Assembly: GCA_036556825.1 (NCBI GenBank)
Contig: DATBIR010000056.1
Span: 4,163-68,162, forward strand
Direction: 5' to 3'
Length of the DNA: 64,000 nt
Source of the DNA: Beijerinckiaceae bacterium
GTDB lineage: Bacteria; Pseudomonadota; Alphaproteobacteria; Rhizobiales; Beijerinckiaceae
A program made the translations under genes and the position numbers. The notes below the pieces were generated by a model. It saw only the letters and a list, made by a program, of their open reading frames with translations. It had not been told where the DNA came from and did not search any database. This document shows, piece after piece, positions 39,620 to 48,939 of this stretch (its first letter is position 1; every line of letters begins with the position of its first letter).

Positions 39620-40690
39620 TTATCGGGCCGGCTTCACGATGATGTCGTTATACAGCTTGGTCCATTTGTCGCCTTCATCGAGCACCAGCGCCGGGTCGAT
39701 GAACGCCACCTTGAGGCCTGCCGGAAGCGGCTTCACCTTCAGGTTCGATGGAGTGAAATCGCGCGAAGCGAGAAGGGCTTGGGCGTCGCGCATCATGAAG
39801 TCGTAGAACAGGATGGCGGCGTGCGGATGCGGTGCGTTGCGCGTCACGCCGGCGCCGTTGAAGCGCGCGACGACAGGCGGCAGGGCGAACCAGTCGATCG
39901 GCGCGCCGTCGTTCTTGAGCTGCTCGGCCTTGTAGCTGTAGACCGTCAGCGCGACCGGCACCTCGCCCGATGCCACAAGGTTGGTGAGGAGCGTATGGCC
40001 CTTGCGGACGGACATGCCGTTCTTGGCGACGATGTCGCGGAACAGCTTCAAGCCTTTCTCCTCACCGATGGTCTTGATGGTGGCTGCGAACCAGTCGGTG
40101 TCCTCCGCTTCGATGCCGAGCTTGCCCTTCCACTTCGGATCCGTGAAGCCCTCGTAGCTGGTCGGGAGCTCCTCCTTCTTGACCGCCTTGGTGTTGAAGG
40201 CGCCCACGAAGATGTTCAGGCGGGTGCCGACCCACTCGCCGTGCGGACGGATGGCATCCGGCATCAGCTCGGCATGCAGCGGCGACTTCACGGGGATAAG
40301 CAGCTTCTCGCGGTGCAGAGCTTCCATCTCCGGGCCGTTCGTATCGATCACGTCGGCCTCGAAGCGGCGGCCGCGGCTCTCCACCACGGTCCGCTGCAGG
40401 ATGTTCTCGGAGCTGCCGCGCCAGAGCCGGACCTTGACGCCGAATTTCTTCTCGAACTCGTCGGTCAGGATCTTCATGTCATCGACGGGCGCGGATGTGT
40501 AGAAGGTGAGCGTGCCTTCCTTCTTGGCGCCCTCGACCAGCTTCTCGGTGCGGTCGGCGCCCTGGTAGGCGGCGAGTTCGGGAAGCGAGGCGGATTGAGC
40601 GAAAGCGGGCAGCCGCGCCAGCGGCAGGCCGGCGCCGGCGAGCGCCGCGGTCTTGATCAGAAGGCGTCGTGAAACGGGCTTGGACGACAT
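39620..40690 (-). CDS. ABC substrate-binding protein (Fe3+/thiamine/polyamine class), Tat signal
   Basis: SRRLLI signal; AKKEG.L.FY, DPKWKGK, APHPHAA.LF. Confidence 0.9.
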   Translation of the reverse strand: MSSKPVSRRLLIKTAALAGAGLPLARLPAFAQSASLPELAAYQGADRTEKLVEGAKKEGTLTFYTSAPVDDMKILTDEFEKKFGVKVRLWRGSSENILQRTVVESRGRRFEADVIDTNGPEMEALHREKLLIPVKSPLHAELMPDAIRPHGEWVGTRLNIFVGAFNTKAVKKEELPTSYEGFTDPKWKGKLGIEAEDTDWFAATIKTIGEEKGLKLFRDIVAKNGMSVRKGHTLLTNLVASGEVPVALTVYSYKAEQLKNDGAPIDWFALPPVVARFNGAGVTRNAPHPHAAILFYDFMMRDAQALLASRDFTPSNLKVKPLPAGLKVAFIDPALVLDEGDKWTKLYNDIIVKPAR

Positions 40691-40760
40691 CGTGTTCTCC
40701 TTCTTCCTTGTTGGATGCGGCGCATGAGCGCCGCATCGGCGTGTTTCGGAAAGCTGCGCG

Positions 40761-41894
40761 TCAGGCCGACTTCTGCAGGCCCGGCTTGGGCGGAAGATCG
40801 GCGAGCTCGGCCTGATAGGCGTCGTCCATGCGCGGCTTGAGGCTATGCTTGGCGAGTTCCTTCTCGAACATCGTGCGCACCACCGGCTGCTCGTCGGCGT
40901 AATCGATCTGATCGCCGCCGATGCGCATACTGATCCACGCCTTCGGCACGCCCTGCGCGTTGCGGATCGAGACGACCTCGTGCTTGAAGGCCAGGTAGCG
41001 GGCCGGCGTCGTGCCGGTGTTGAAGTGCTGGTGGAACCACATGTTCGGCGGCACGATCATGGTGCCGACTTCCCAGTCGTAGCGCTTCGGCTCCTCGCCT
41101 TCCGGCCACATGAGCGAGTAGCCCTCCCCGCTCAGGATGATCACATGCGCGCCGGGCCCGTGCCGGTGGCCCTTCTTGTAGGTGCCGATCGGGAACTGCG
41201 AGATGTGGCTGTTCATCGAGCCCTTGGCCATGTTGAAGCGGATGTGGCCGCCGCCGGCGCCGCGCTCCTTGGCGCTGATCAGCGGCAGGTTGACCGCGTC
41301 GGCGACGAAATTCGTCTCGAGCAGGAGGCCTTTCTGCTCGCCCTTGTTGCTGAAATAGTCAGGCTCGCCCGCGAACCGGCCCTTGAAGTCGTACGGCGTG
41401 TTGAAGAGGAACTGGACGTCCTCGTACAAGTTCATGACCGGCGGCATGTTGGTGACCGACACGAAGCGTGCCGGCTCCTGACCCGAGCCGTTGAAGTGTT
41501 GATGCCAGGTGTTGATCGGGATCGCGAACAGGGCGCCCGCCTTCCACTCGAAGGTGATGCGCTGGCCCGCGTCGTTCCACACGGCGGTCGAGCCGCGGCC
41601 ATCGAGCACCAGGATCATCTCCTCGAACAATTGCCGCTGCGGCGCGAGCTTGCCGCCGGGGGCGATCTCGCAGACGTAGCAATCGTTGGACGTGCGCGAC
41701 GCCTCGTGGTTGATGAACACACCCTTGCCGCCACGCCGCGGCCACGGCTTCAGGTCGACGGTGCGCAAGTTGCGCACGTAATGCGCGCTGATGATGTCGA
41801 GGCCCTCCTCGCGCACCCACCTCGTATATGGCGTGTCCTTCTCGGTGGCGAATTTCTTCGCGAGTTCGTCGGAAACAATGGCGTCCTTTGCCAT
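40761..41894 (-). CDS. Bicupin protein (gentisate-dioxygenase-like architecture, unknown function)
   Basis: N-cupin QRQLFEE...WHQHFN; C-cupin GHRHGPGAH...WFHQHFN. Confidence 0.88.
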   Translation of the reverse strand: MAKDAIVSDELAKKFATEKDTPYTRWVREEGLDIISAHYVRNLRTVDLKPWPRRGGKGVFINHEASRTSNDCYVCEIAPGGKLAPQRQLFEEMILVLDGRGSTAVWNDAGQRITFEWKAGALFAIPINTWHQHFNGSGQEPARFVSVTNMPPVMNLYEDVQFLFNTPYDFKGRFAGEPDYFSNKGEQKGLLLETNFVADAVNLPLISAKERGAGGGHIRFNMAKGSMNSHISQFPIGTYKKGHRHGPGAHVIILSGEGYSLMWPEGEEPKRYDWEVGTMIVPPNMWFHQHFNTGTTPARYLAFKHEVVSIRNAQGVPKAWISMRIGGDQIDYADEQPVVRTMFEKELAKHSLKPRMDDAYQAELADLPPKPGLQKSA

Positions 41895-41939
41895 GGCGCA
41901 CTCCTTGTTGCTGGCACTCGTCGACTTGATGTCGTGACC

Positions 41940-43067
41940 TCAGGCGGCTTCGCGCATCCCCGCGGCTTCGGGAAGCGCGATGCATTTCTCGGGATTCATG
42001 CGGACGTGGATGGGGTCGCCGATCGGAGTGCGCAGGGACGGGTGCGCCCGGGCGAGCAGGATCGTGTTACCGACCTTGACCTGGAAGTCCACGTATTCGC
42101 CAAGGAAGACCTTCTGATCGACCACGCCGCTGGTCACGTTATAGGCATCGGCATTGGCTGGGGGAGTGTCCGAGAGCTCGACGTCCTCGGGCCTGACGGA
42201 GATGACGATCGGTGCATCACGGGTGAGGCTATCGGCATTGACGCGCAACAGGCCCAGGGGCGTGTTCACTTGCCAGTGGCCGCTGCGCTCGTCGCGGCCG
42301 ACGACGATGCCGTCGACGAAGTTGGTCGTGCCGATGAAGTCGGCCACGAACTTCGCCTGCGGGCGCTCGTAGATGTCGCGTGGCGAGCCGATCTGCACGA
42401 TCTTCCCTTCATTCATCACGGCAATCTCGTGCGAGAGAGCGAGCGCCTCGCTCTGGTCGTGGGTCACGTAGATCGTCGTCAGCCGCAACTCGCGCTGGAT
42501 GCGTTTCAGCTCGAAGCGCATGCGCTCGCGCAGCTTGGCGTCGAGATTGGAGAGAGGCTCGTCGAGCAACAACAGCTTCGGCTCCATGACGAGCGCGCGC
42601 GCAAGCGCCAGGCGCTGCTGCTGGCCGCCCGACAGCTTCGTCGCTTCGCGGTCCGCGAGATGATCGAGGCCAACGGCGTTCAGCACGCGCATCACCTTGT
42701 CGCGGACCTGCTGCGTGCTCATCCTGGTGGAGCGGACCTGCAGCGGAAAAGCGGCGTTCTGGAACACGTTCATGTGCGGCCAGATCGCGTAGGACTGGAA
42801 GACCATTCCGAAATCGCGCTTGTTGGGCGGGACGAAGATGCCGCGCTGCGACGAATAAACGATGCGGCCGCCGACCTGGATCTCTCCGGACGTCGGCCGC
42901 TCCAGACCGGCGATCGAGCGCAGCGTCGTGGTCTTGCCGCAGCCGCTCGGTCCAAGCAGCGTAAACAGCTCGCCCTCCGGCACCTCGAAGGCCACGTTCT
43001 GCGCAGCCTTGACGGCGGGGCCGCGCTGCGACGGATATTCGGTATTCAGTGACCTGACGCTGAGCAC
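41940..43067 (-). CDS. ABC transporter ATPase
   Basis: GPSGCGKT, LSGGQQQR, LDEPLSNLD; GTG start with GAGGA RBS. Confidence 0.95.
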   Translation of the reverse strand: MLSVRSLNTEYPSQRGPAVKAAQNVAFEVPEGELFTLLGPSGCGKTTTLRSIAGLERPTSGEIQVGGRIVYSSQRGIFVPPNKRDFGMVFQSYAIWPHMNVFQNAAFPLQVRSTRMSTQQVRDKVMRVLNAVGLDHLADREATKLSGGQQQRLALARALVMEPKLLLLDEPLSNLDAKLRERMRFELKRIQRELRLTTIYVTHDQSEALALSHEIAVMNEGKIVQIGSPRDIYERPQAKFVADFIGTTNFVDGIVVGRDERSGHWQVNTPLGLLRVNADSLTRDAPIVISVRPEDVELSDTPPANADAYNVTSGVVDQKVFLGEYVDFQVKVGNTILLARAHPSLRTPIGDPIHVRMNPEKCIALPEAAGMREAA

Positions 43068-43086
43068 GCGATTTTCCTCTCGATCC

Positions 43087-44832
43087 TCAAGCTTCCTTGA
43101 CGCCGAAACGCTTGCCGGCAAGCTGCGCCAACATGACAAAAATGAATAGGAATGCAATCAGCATGACGCCGAACGCGGACAGTTCCACATACTGACCGTT
43201 CTGCCAGAACTCCCAGATCATGATCGATACGACCTCGTTGCCCGGGCTGTAGAGCAGGATCGAGCTCGACAGCTCGCGGATCGAGACGATCACGACGTAG
43301 ATCCAGCCGGCGAGCATGCCTGGCTTGAGCAGCGGCAGCAGGATGCGGCGGAACGTGGTGCTCCAGGAGGCGCCGCTCATGGCTGCCGACTCTTCGAGCT
43401 CCTTATGGATCTGGATCATCGAGGTCATGTTGTAGCGCATGCCGTAGGGCAGGAACCGCGTCACATAAGCGATCAGCATGATCCAGATCGAGCCGTAGAT
43501 GCCGCCGCCCAGCATCAGGTAGCAGATCATGATCGAGAGGCCGAGCACGATGCCGGGAAAGACCAGCGGCAAGGAGGCAAGGTTGTCGAGCAGCCATCGG
43601 CCGGGAATTTTCGTGCGCACGACGATCCAGCCGATCACCGCCGTCAACAGCATGATGATCGTGGCGCTGCCGAGCGACAGCGTGATGCTGTTCCATACCG
43701 CCGTGGCGAAGCCCGGATAATCGAGAACCGTGCGATAGGCGTCGAGCGACACTTTGCTGAGGGCCGCCCAGGTCGGAACGCTGTAGTATTTTTGCAGGGA
43801 CGACCAGACCAGCACGAGGAACGGCAGGACGATCACGAGCAGGCCGTAGACGATGAAGATGCCGCCCGTGAGATAGCGCCAGCGGCCAAGATTGATCACC
43901 CGCGGCCGGAAGCCCTTGCCGGTCACGGTCGAAAACTTGCTGCCCTGACTCGACAGGCGGGTCTGGAAATAGATGCCGATCGACGTCAGAAGGAGAAGCG
44001 TGACCGCATAAGCGGATGCAAGCCCGACATTGCTCGGATAGCGGTGGATCGCCTGATAGATCGACGACGTGAACACCTCGATGCCGACGGGCAGCCCCAG
44101 CAACGCCGGCACCTCGAACGACTCGATGGCGCGCACGAACAGGATGATGAAGGCCGCCAGCACCGCCGGCCAAGCCAGCTTGAAGGTGATGTGGTAGGCG
44201 ATCTGGAAGATCGAGGCGCCGCTCATCACCGCCGATTCCTCGAGGGAGGGATCCATCGAGCGCAGCGCGGCCGTCACCAGCAGAAAGGCCACCGGCGAGT
44301 AGTGCAGGCCGTCAACCCAGATCATGCCGGCCATCGAATAGACGTTGAAGACCGGACCGGCGATCCCGAACCAGTTCTGCAGGACCAGGTTGAGGATGCC
44401 GATTTTCGGGCTCGCCAGCATGATCCACGACACCGTGAACAGGATGCCGGGAATGATCAGCGGCACGATCGAGATCGCAAAAAACAGAGCCTTGAACGGC
44501 GTGTTGGTGCGCTCGTTGACCCAGGCGAAGAACGTGCCGACCGTGAGCGCGAGCACGGCGGTGCCGGTCGCAAACTGTATCGAATTCCAGAACAGATGCA
44601 GCGTGTCGCCGCTCGTGTAGGCGTCGACATAGTTGCCAAGCGTGAACTCTGCCGGCTTGGCCGCTGTCTCCGGCGTCATGACGCTCTGCCATAGCAGGAA
44701 GACGAGGGGCACCAGCGCCAGCCACGCGACGAGCGCGACGGACAAGCCGATGATCACCCATTTGGCGTCGAAGCGCAGCCGCGGCGCCTTCTCTGCATCG
44801 GCTGCGCCATACAGCCGACTGGTCGCTTCCAT
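43087..44832 (-). CDS. ABC transporter double permease (FbpB-like)
   Basis: About 12 TMs; two EAA loops (LEESAVMSGA, LEESAAMSGA). Confidence 0.95.
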   Translation of the reverse strand: MEATSRLYGAADAEKAPRLRFDAKWVIIGLSVALVAWLALVPLVFLLWQSVMTPETAAKPAEFTLGNYVDAYTSGDTLHLFWNSIQFATGTAVLALTVGTFFAWVNERTNTPFKALFFAISIVPLIIPGILFTVSWIMLASPKIGILNLVLQNWFGIAGPVFNVYSMAGMIWVDGLHYSPVAFLLVTAALRSMDPSLEESAVMSGASIFQIAYHITFKLAWPAVLAAFIILFVRAIESFEVPALLGLPVGIEVFTSSIYQAIHRYPSNVGLASAYAVTLLLLTSIGIYFQTRLSSQGSKFSTVTGKGFRPRVINLGRWRYLTGGIFIVYGLLVIVLPFLVLVWSSLQKYYSVPTWAALSKVSLDAYRTVLDYPGFATAVWNSITLSLGSATIIMLLTAVIGWIVVRTKIPGRWLLDNLASLPLVFPGIVLGLSIMICYLMLGGGIYGSIWIMLIAYVTRFLPYGMRYNMTSMIQIHKELEESAAMSGASWSTTFRRILLPLLKPGMLAGWIYVVIVSIRELSSSILLYSPGNEVVSIMIWEFWQNGQYVELSAFGVMLIAFLFIFVMLAQLAGKRFGVKEA

Positions 44833-44911
44833 GACGTCTCCTTAAACGGCGGCCGTGCCGCCAGCAGCCAGGTCGGGCTTGGGAAGCGCTGTCACGATAA
44901 CGCTTTCCGGC

Positions 44912-46690
44912 CTATTTCCGTTCGCCAGCGTGGCTGTGGGCATGCGTGTGATCATGTCCGTGGTGGCCGTGGTGATGATGGCCGTGGCCATGGTGATGGT
45001 CGTGGTCATGGCCGTCGTGATGGCGGTGATCGTGGTGGTGATGCAGCAAGTGCTTGCCGTGCGTCTGGCGCGGATCTTCGCTGAAGATCAGCGACTTGAT
45101 GGTCACCGGCACGGTGTTCGACGGCATCCGGATGCGGCCAAGGTCGATGTAGTCAAAGTCGCGCAGGAGCAGCCCGTCGATGGACAGGATCTCGCTTTGT
45201 ACGCCGAGCTCCTCGCGCAGGATGCTGCCAAGCGTTTGCGCCACGTCGCCGTCAAGCATGATGTAAAGCGGCTTGCCCTCCGCGATCAGATCGGACAGGC
45301 CCCGACGAATGCCCTCGGCGAAGGCATGGATGCGCTCGTAGGCCGGAGCCCCCTGCCAGCGCAGCGCCAGGGCGATCTCGTTGTCCAGCTCGCCGGCCAC
45401 GAAAGCCTCGCGGTGGGCGCGGATCGCCGCCGCGAGCTTGTCGGGATCGATTGCCTCCTCGCAGGTGAAGGCGGGCTGGAGCACCTGCAGGTTGCGCCGC
45501 GGCAGCAGGGCCGCCGCGTCGGAGACGTAGCTGGTGTTGCCGCTCAGCTGCACGGTGTATTCGGAGGCGCCGAGCGCAGTGGCGCGAATGCATTCGCCAG
45601 CCGGCAGGAACGGCCACGGCAAGGCCCCTGCGTCGATCCGCTGGCGCAGGGCGCGTCCGAGTCGGCGGCCCATGTCGCCGAAATCGCGATCTTCGCGTCC
45701 GTAGACGTATTCGCCGACACCGCCTGAAAACATCATGCCGTCGATGCGGCCGAGATTGGCGATCGGATCGGTCAGGTAGAGATGCTCGACATCATGCGGC
45801 AGAGGCTTGGCCGTAAGCGCGGTGACCAGCGTATCCGCCATCAGGGCGGCGACCTTGTCCATCGCGGCCGCGTCGGCCGTATCGCCGCGCTGCCAGGAAA
45901 AGCCGGCCCGCTCGGCATGGTATTGTCCGGCGGGGTCGAGCCGCACGATCTTGCGATTCTCGTCGACCACCTGCAGGCGGCCGCCGATATGGATGGCGGC
46001 CGTCGCGATCACATTGCCCTTCTCGACGACCGCAAGCTTGGTCGTGCCGCCGCCGATGTCGATGTTGAGGATGCGCTTGTTCTCGTCGTGGGAGACGCGC
46101 GCCGCGCCCGAACCATAGGCGGCCAGCATCGATTCCATGTGATGGCCGGCCGTGGCGCAGACGAACTCGCCGCCCTGCTCGGCCAAGATGGCGGCAATGC
46201 CTTGCGCGTTCTCGCGCCGCAGCGCCTCTCCGGTCAGGATCACCACCCCGGTGTCGATGTCGTCCGGATGCAGGCGCGCGGCCGCATAGGCCTCGTCGAT
46301 GATCGCCCCCAGGCCGGCATCGTCGATGCGCTCCTCGCTTTGATAGGGTGTCAGCATCACCGGTGACTGGAACAGCTGCTCGCGCGAGACGACGTAATAG
46401 CGGCTCGACAGATCCTCGCCGAGACGCCGCAGATTGATCTTCGAGAAGATGACTTGCGTTCCGGAGGAGCCGATATCGATGCCGACGCTGATCAGCGTCA
46501 CATGATCCTGGATCCAGAGTGGGTTTTCCTCGAGGGGCTCGTCGACGTCGAAATGGTCGTGGTCGTGATCCGCGTCGCCCTCGTGGACGTGAGCGAAATC
46601 GAGGCCGAGTTCGTGATCCGCCAATGTGTGGCGGCCCGTTCCGTCCGGGTCCTTGGGAGCAGGCATCAGCTTTCCTGAAAGCGTGCGCAA
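44912..46690 (-). CDS. eutA: EutA-like ASKHA ATPase (ethanolamine ammonia-lyase reactivase homolog) with His-rich termini
   Basis: SVGIDIGS, ILTGE, ATAG...ES, LNIDIGGGT, GGRL, FSGGVGE, IRAT.LGA, DYIDLG, VPVTIKSL. Start could be 46666. Confidence 0.85.
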   Translation of the reverse strand: MRTLSGKLMPAPKDPDGTGRHTLADHELGLDFAHVHEGDADHDHDHFDVDEPLEENPLWIQDHVTLISVGIDIGSSGTQVIFSKINLRRLGEDLSSRYYVVSREQLFQSPVMLTPYQSEERIDDAGLGAIIDEAYAAARLHPDDIDTGVVILTGEALRRENAQGIAAILAEQGGEFVCATAGHHMESMLAAYGSGAARVSHDENKRILNIDIGGGTTKLAVVEKGNVIATAAIHIGGRLQVVDENRKIVRLDPAGQYHAERAGFSWQRGDTADAAAMDKVAALMADTLVTALTAKPLPHDVEHLYLTDPIANLGRIDGMMFSGGVGEYVYGREDRDFGDMGRRLGRALRQRIDAGALPWPFLPAGECIRATALGASEYTVQLSGNTSYVSDAAALLPRRNLQVLQPAFTCEEAIDPDKLAAAIRAHREAFVAGELDNEIALALRWQGAPAYERIHAFAEGIRRGLSDLIAEGKPLYIMLDGDVAQTLGSILREELGVQSEILSIDGLLLRDFDYIDLGRIRMPSNTVPVTIKSLIFSEDPRQTHGKHLLHHHHDHRHHDGHDHDHHHGHGHHHHGHHGHDHTHAHSHAGERK

Positions 46691-46812
46691 TGCGCACCCT
46701 GGTCAATCGTCAGGGGGCTTTTGTCAGGTCTGCTGGGCGCTCGTCAACACCTGGGCCATATTCCCTCGGACTCCCCTGACGAGGGACGGTCCGAACTGCG
46801 TAAATGAAGTCC

Positions 46813-46846
46813 AAAATGAAAAGCCCCGGCACAGGGCCGGGGCTTT
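46813..46846 (-). terminator. Rho-independent terminator of the porin gene
   Basis: aaagccccggc-N5-gccggggcttt, followed on the minus strand by TCATTTT. Confidence 0.85.
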
Positions 46847-46868
46847 CCGTCTTTATGATATCCGGCGA

Positions 46869-48365
46869 TCAGAAGTCGCGCTGGATGCGGAGGCGAGCCT
46901 CGAGTGCATCCTGGTCGTCGATCGCGGTGAACGGCACCAGGGCCGCGCCCGGACGGTTGTCGCCGAAGCCGACACCACCGAACTCGCGACGGACCAGACC
47001 ATCGGTCTCGACCTTGCGGTAGATGGCTTCCACACCGATGTCGAGGTTGCGCACCGGCGACCAGATCAGGTTGGTCCCGATCTCGAAGATCCTCGTGTCG
47101 TTGAAGCCGGCGTTGACGACGACCGGGGTTCCGCCAGGGCCAGGCGCAACGAAGGCCTGGGTCGCGGAGGCGTCGTAGTCGATTTCGCCATATGACGCGA
47201 AGATGTTCTGGCGCAGGTTCGGCAGCCAGTAGTGCAGGAAGTTGGCCGAGATCGACCAGCTGTCCGTGAGCTCGATGTCACCCGTGAACGGATTGACCGT
47301 GGCGTCCGTCTGGTTCAGGCGGAGCGTGCCAGCACGAACCGCGGTGCTCTGCTGCGCGTGGGTGTAGCTGAGCGCGCCGGTTGCCCAAGCCGCCTGGACC
47401 CACAAGGAGTCGCCGGCTGCGATCATCGGCAGCTTCACCTGGAGACCAGCCTGAGCCGCGAAGCCCCACTCGTCGTCCGGGAACGAGACGCCGACGGTGC
47501 CGAACGGAACCGGCCCCGTGCCGACGACCGGCAGACCACCCGCACCAACCGTGATCGGGTTGACCGAGCGGACCTGGTGGGCCGCACCGGAGAGCTGGAA
47601 GGCGCCCCAGGCCTGATCGATGCGGAAGTTGGCAACGACGTCAGGCACCTGCGTGCCGCCCGGAACGTTCGGGACACCCGGCAGGTCGAGCGGATTGACC
47701 GGGACGAACGGCGCGCCGAACGCACCCGGGCGGATGTTCGCGTACGTCTGACGCTCCTGCGGGTCTTCGATGGCGATAGTCGCCGAGAAGCCGCTGCCGA
47801 AGGTCGCCGTGTAGGCCAGGGCCTGCGTCTTGCTATCCGACACGTTGAAGAGCGTCGTGAAGATGCCGTCGTTGGCCCAGAAGTCGTAGAACGACTGGAC
47901 ACGACCGGCGGTCAGACCACCGAACTGGATGTAGCCGAGGTCGAGACGCAGGCTGTTCTCAGGGCCCGTGCCGAAGAACAGGTCCTCAGCGCCGAGCGCG
48001 CCCTGGCCGCGAGACACGAACGTGCCGCTCTGGCGGCGCCAGTCGAGACGGGCGTAGCCGCGAAGCAGGCCCCACTCGGTGGCGGTGCGCAGATCGAGGT
48101 TCAGACGAACGCGGGCACGGAACCCGATCTCGTCGAAGTCGTCGCGCTGTTGCTCGAGGTACAGGTAGTCAGCCTGCACGTAACCGCTCATGCGCAGGCA
48201 CGTATCCGTGCCCGGGATGTAGAAATAGCCTGTACCGTAGGTGGTGCAGACCCGAACATATTCGACCGGCGCGGCCTTCCTGACAGGAAGGTCGGCGGCC
48301 TGTGCCCCGGCCACCGCGACTAGACCCGCGGCCGACCCGAGGAGAAGGCTCTTAACGAGCTTCAT
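46869..48365 (-). CDS. Alphaproteobacterial porin (Porin_2; Omp2b/RopA family)
   Basis: MKLVKSLLLGSAAG, AADLP, VEYVRVC..YG.GYFYIPGTDTCL, TEWG.LR; terminal RIQRDF. Confidence 0.95.
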   Translation of the reverse strand: MKLVKSLLLGSAAGLVAVAGAQAADLPVRKAAPVEYVRVCTTYGTGYFYIPGTDTCLRMSGYVQADYLYLEQQRDDFDEIGFRARVRLNLDLRTATEWGLLRGYARLDWRRQSGTFVSRGQGALGAEDLFFGTGPENSLRLDLGYIQFGGLTAGRVQSFYDFWANDGIFTTLFNVSDSKTQALAYTATFGSGFSATIAIEDPQERQTYANIRPGAFGAPFVPVNPLDLPGVPNVPGGTQVPDVVANFRIDQAWGAFQLSGAAHQVRSVNPITVGAGGLPVVGTGPVPFGTVGVSFPDDEWGFAAQAGLQVKLPMIAAGDSLWVQAAWATGALSYTHAQQSTAVRAGTLRLNQTDATVNPFTGDIELTDSWSISANFLHYWLPNLRQNIFASYGEIDYDASATQAFVAPGPGGTPVVVNAGFNDTRIFEIGTNLIWSPVRNLDIGVEAIYRKVETDGLVRREFGGVGFGDNRPGAALVPFTAIDDQDALEARLRIQRDF

Positions 48366-48632
48366 TCTGACCTCCAAAGTTTCGAGACCCTTGGGGGGCC
48401 GGGCTGTTGTGCCTCGACGTCTCTTGCGAGACTCTGATTCACTCGTCCCTTTTCCCCTTAACATTTGGCTCCCCACCGGTTCCCCCGCTTGAAGCACAGC
48501 CAAATCACGACCGGGGCTATCCCGTCGCAGTTCCGACCATACGCAGAACCGATGCACAATCAACCAAAGCCTGGGGCTCAAAGGCCCCTGTGGCGCAGTT
48601 TGAAAAGGGGTGTTGCATAACGACAACGCCCA

Positions 48633-48648
48633 TTAACACTTCGTTTAC
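48633..48648. promoter_or_regulatory. Near-consensus CtrA box upstream of the porin
   Basis: ttaa-cacttcg-tttac. Confidence 0.5.
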
Positions 48649-48939
48649 GAACAGGGCTGCGCCGGCCTGTTTCCCAGGGATTTTCATGGTTTGCCGATCG
48701 CCCGATCGGACAGAGCGGCTGTGGAAAGCGCCGGAAAGGGTGCTCGCAAGGGCGGGCCGACGAGGCGCGGGGCGGTCCGGCATGAAGCGGTCACGCAGCC
48801 GTTCCGCTGGAGTTTATGCTTGCGTCCGGCACCGCGCATGGATGGCGCGGCGCGCCGGATCTATTTCGTGGCGCCCGAGAGCTGCGCGCGAATCATACGG
48901 GAGCTCTCGGGCGGCGCTTCACTTGGCGGATTGCCCAAG

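Noticed and set aside
40845-43052. Long antisense ORFs (735 aa here; also 11275..13008, 28901..30712, 48691..50721, 50600..52555, 57263..59251)
   Set aside because: These are shadow ORFs opposite well-supported genes, expected in high-GC DNA, and show no recognisable motifs.
44930-45045. Low-complexity gtg/atg tandem DNA (also 36770-36870)
   Set aside because: Fully explained by His-rich coding sequence on the minus strand.
44912-46690. Ethanolamine utilisation (eut) locus
   Set aside because: No eutB/eutC, aldehyde dehydrogenase or shell genes are in the window.
46700-46790. Canonical cobalamin or TPP riboswitch, or 6S RNA
   Set aside because: Too short and lacking the conserved cores. 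Kept only as a low-confidence structured leader.
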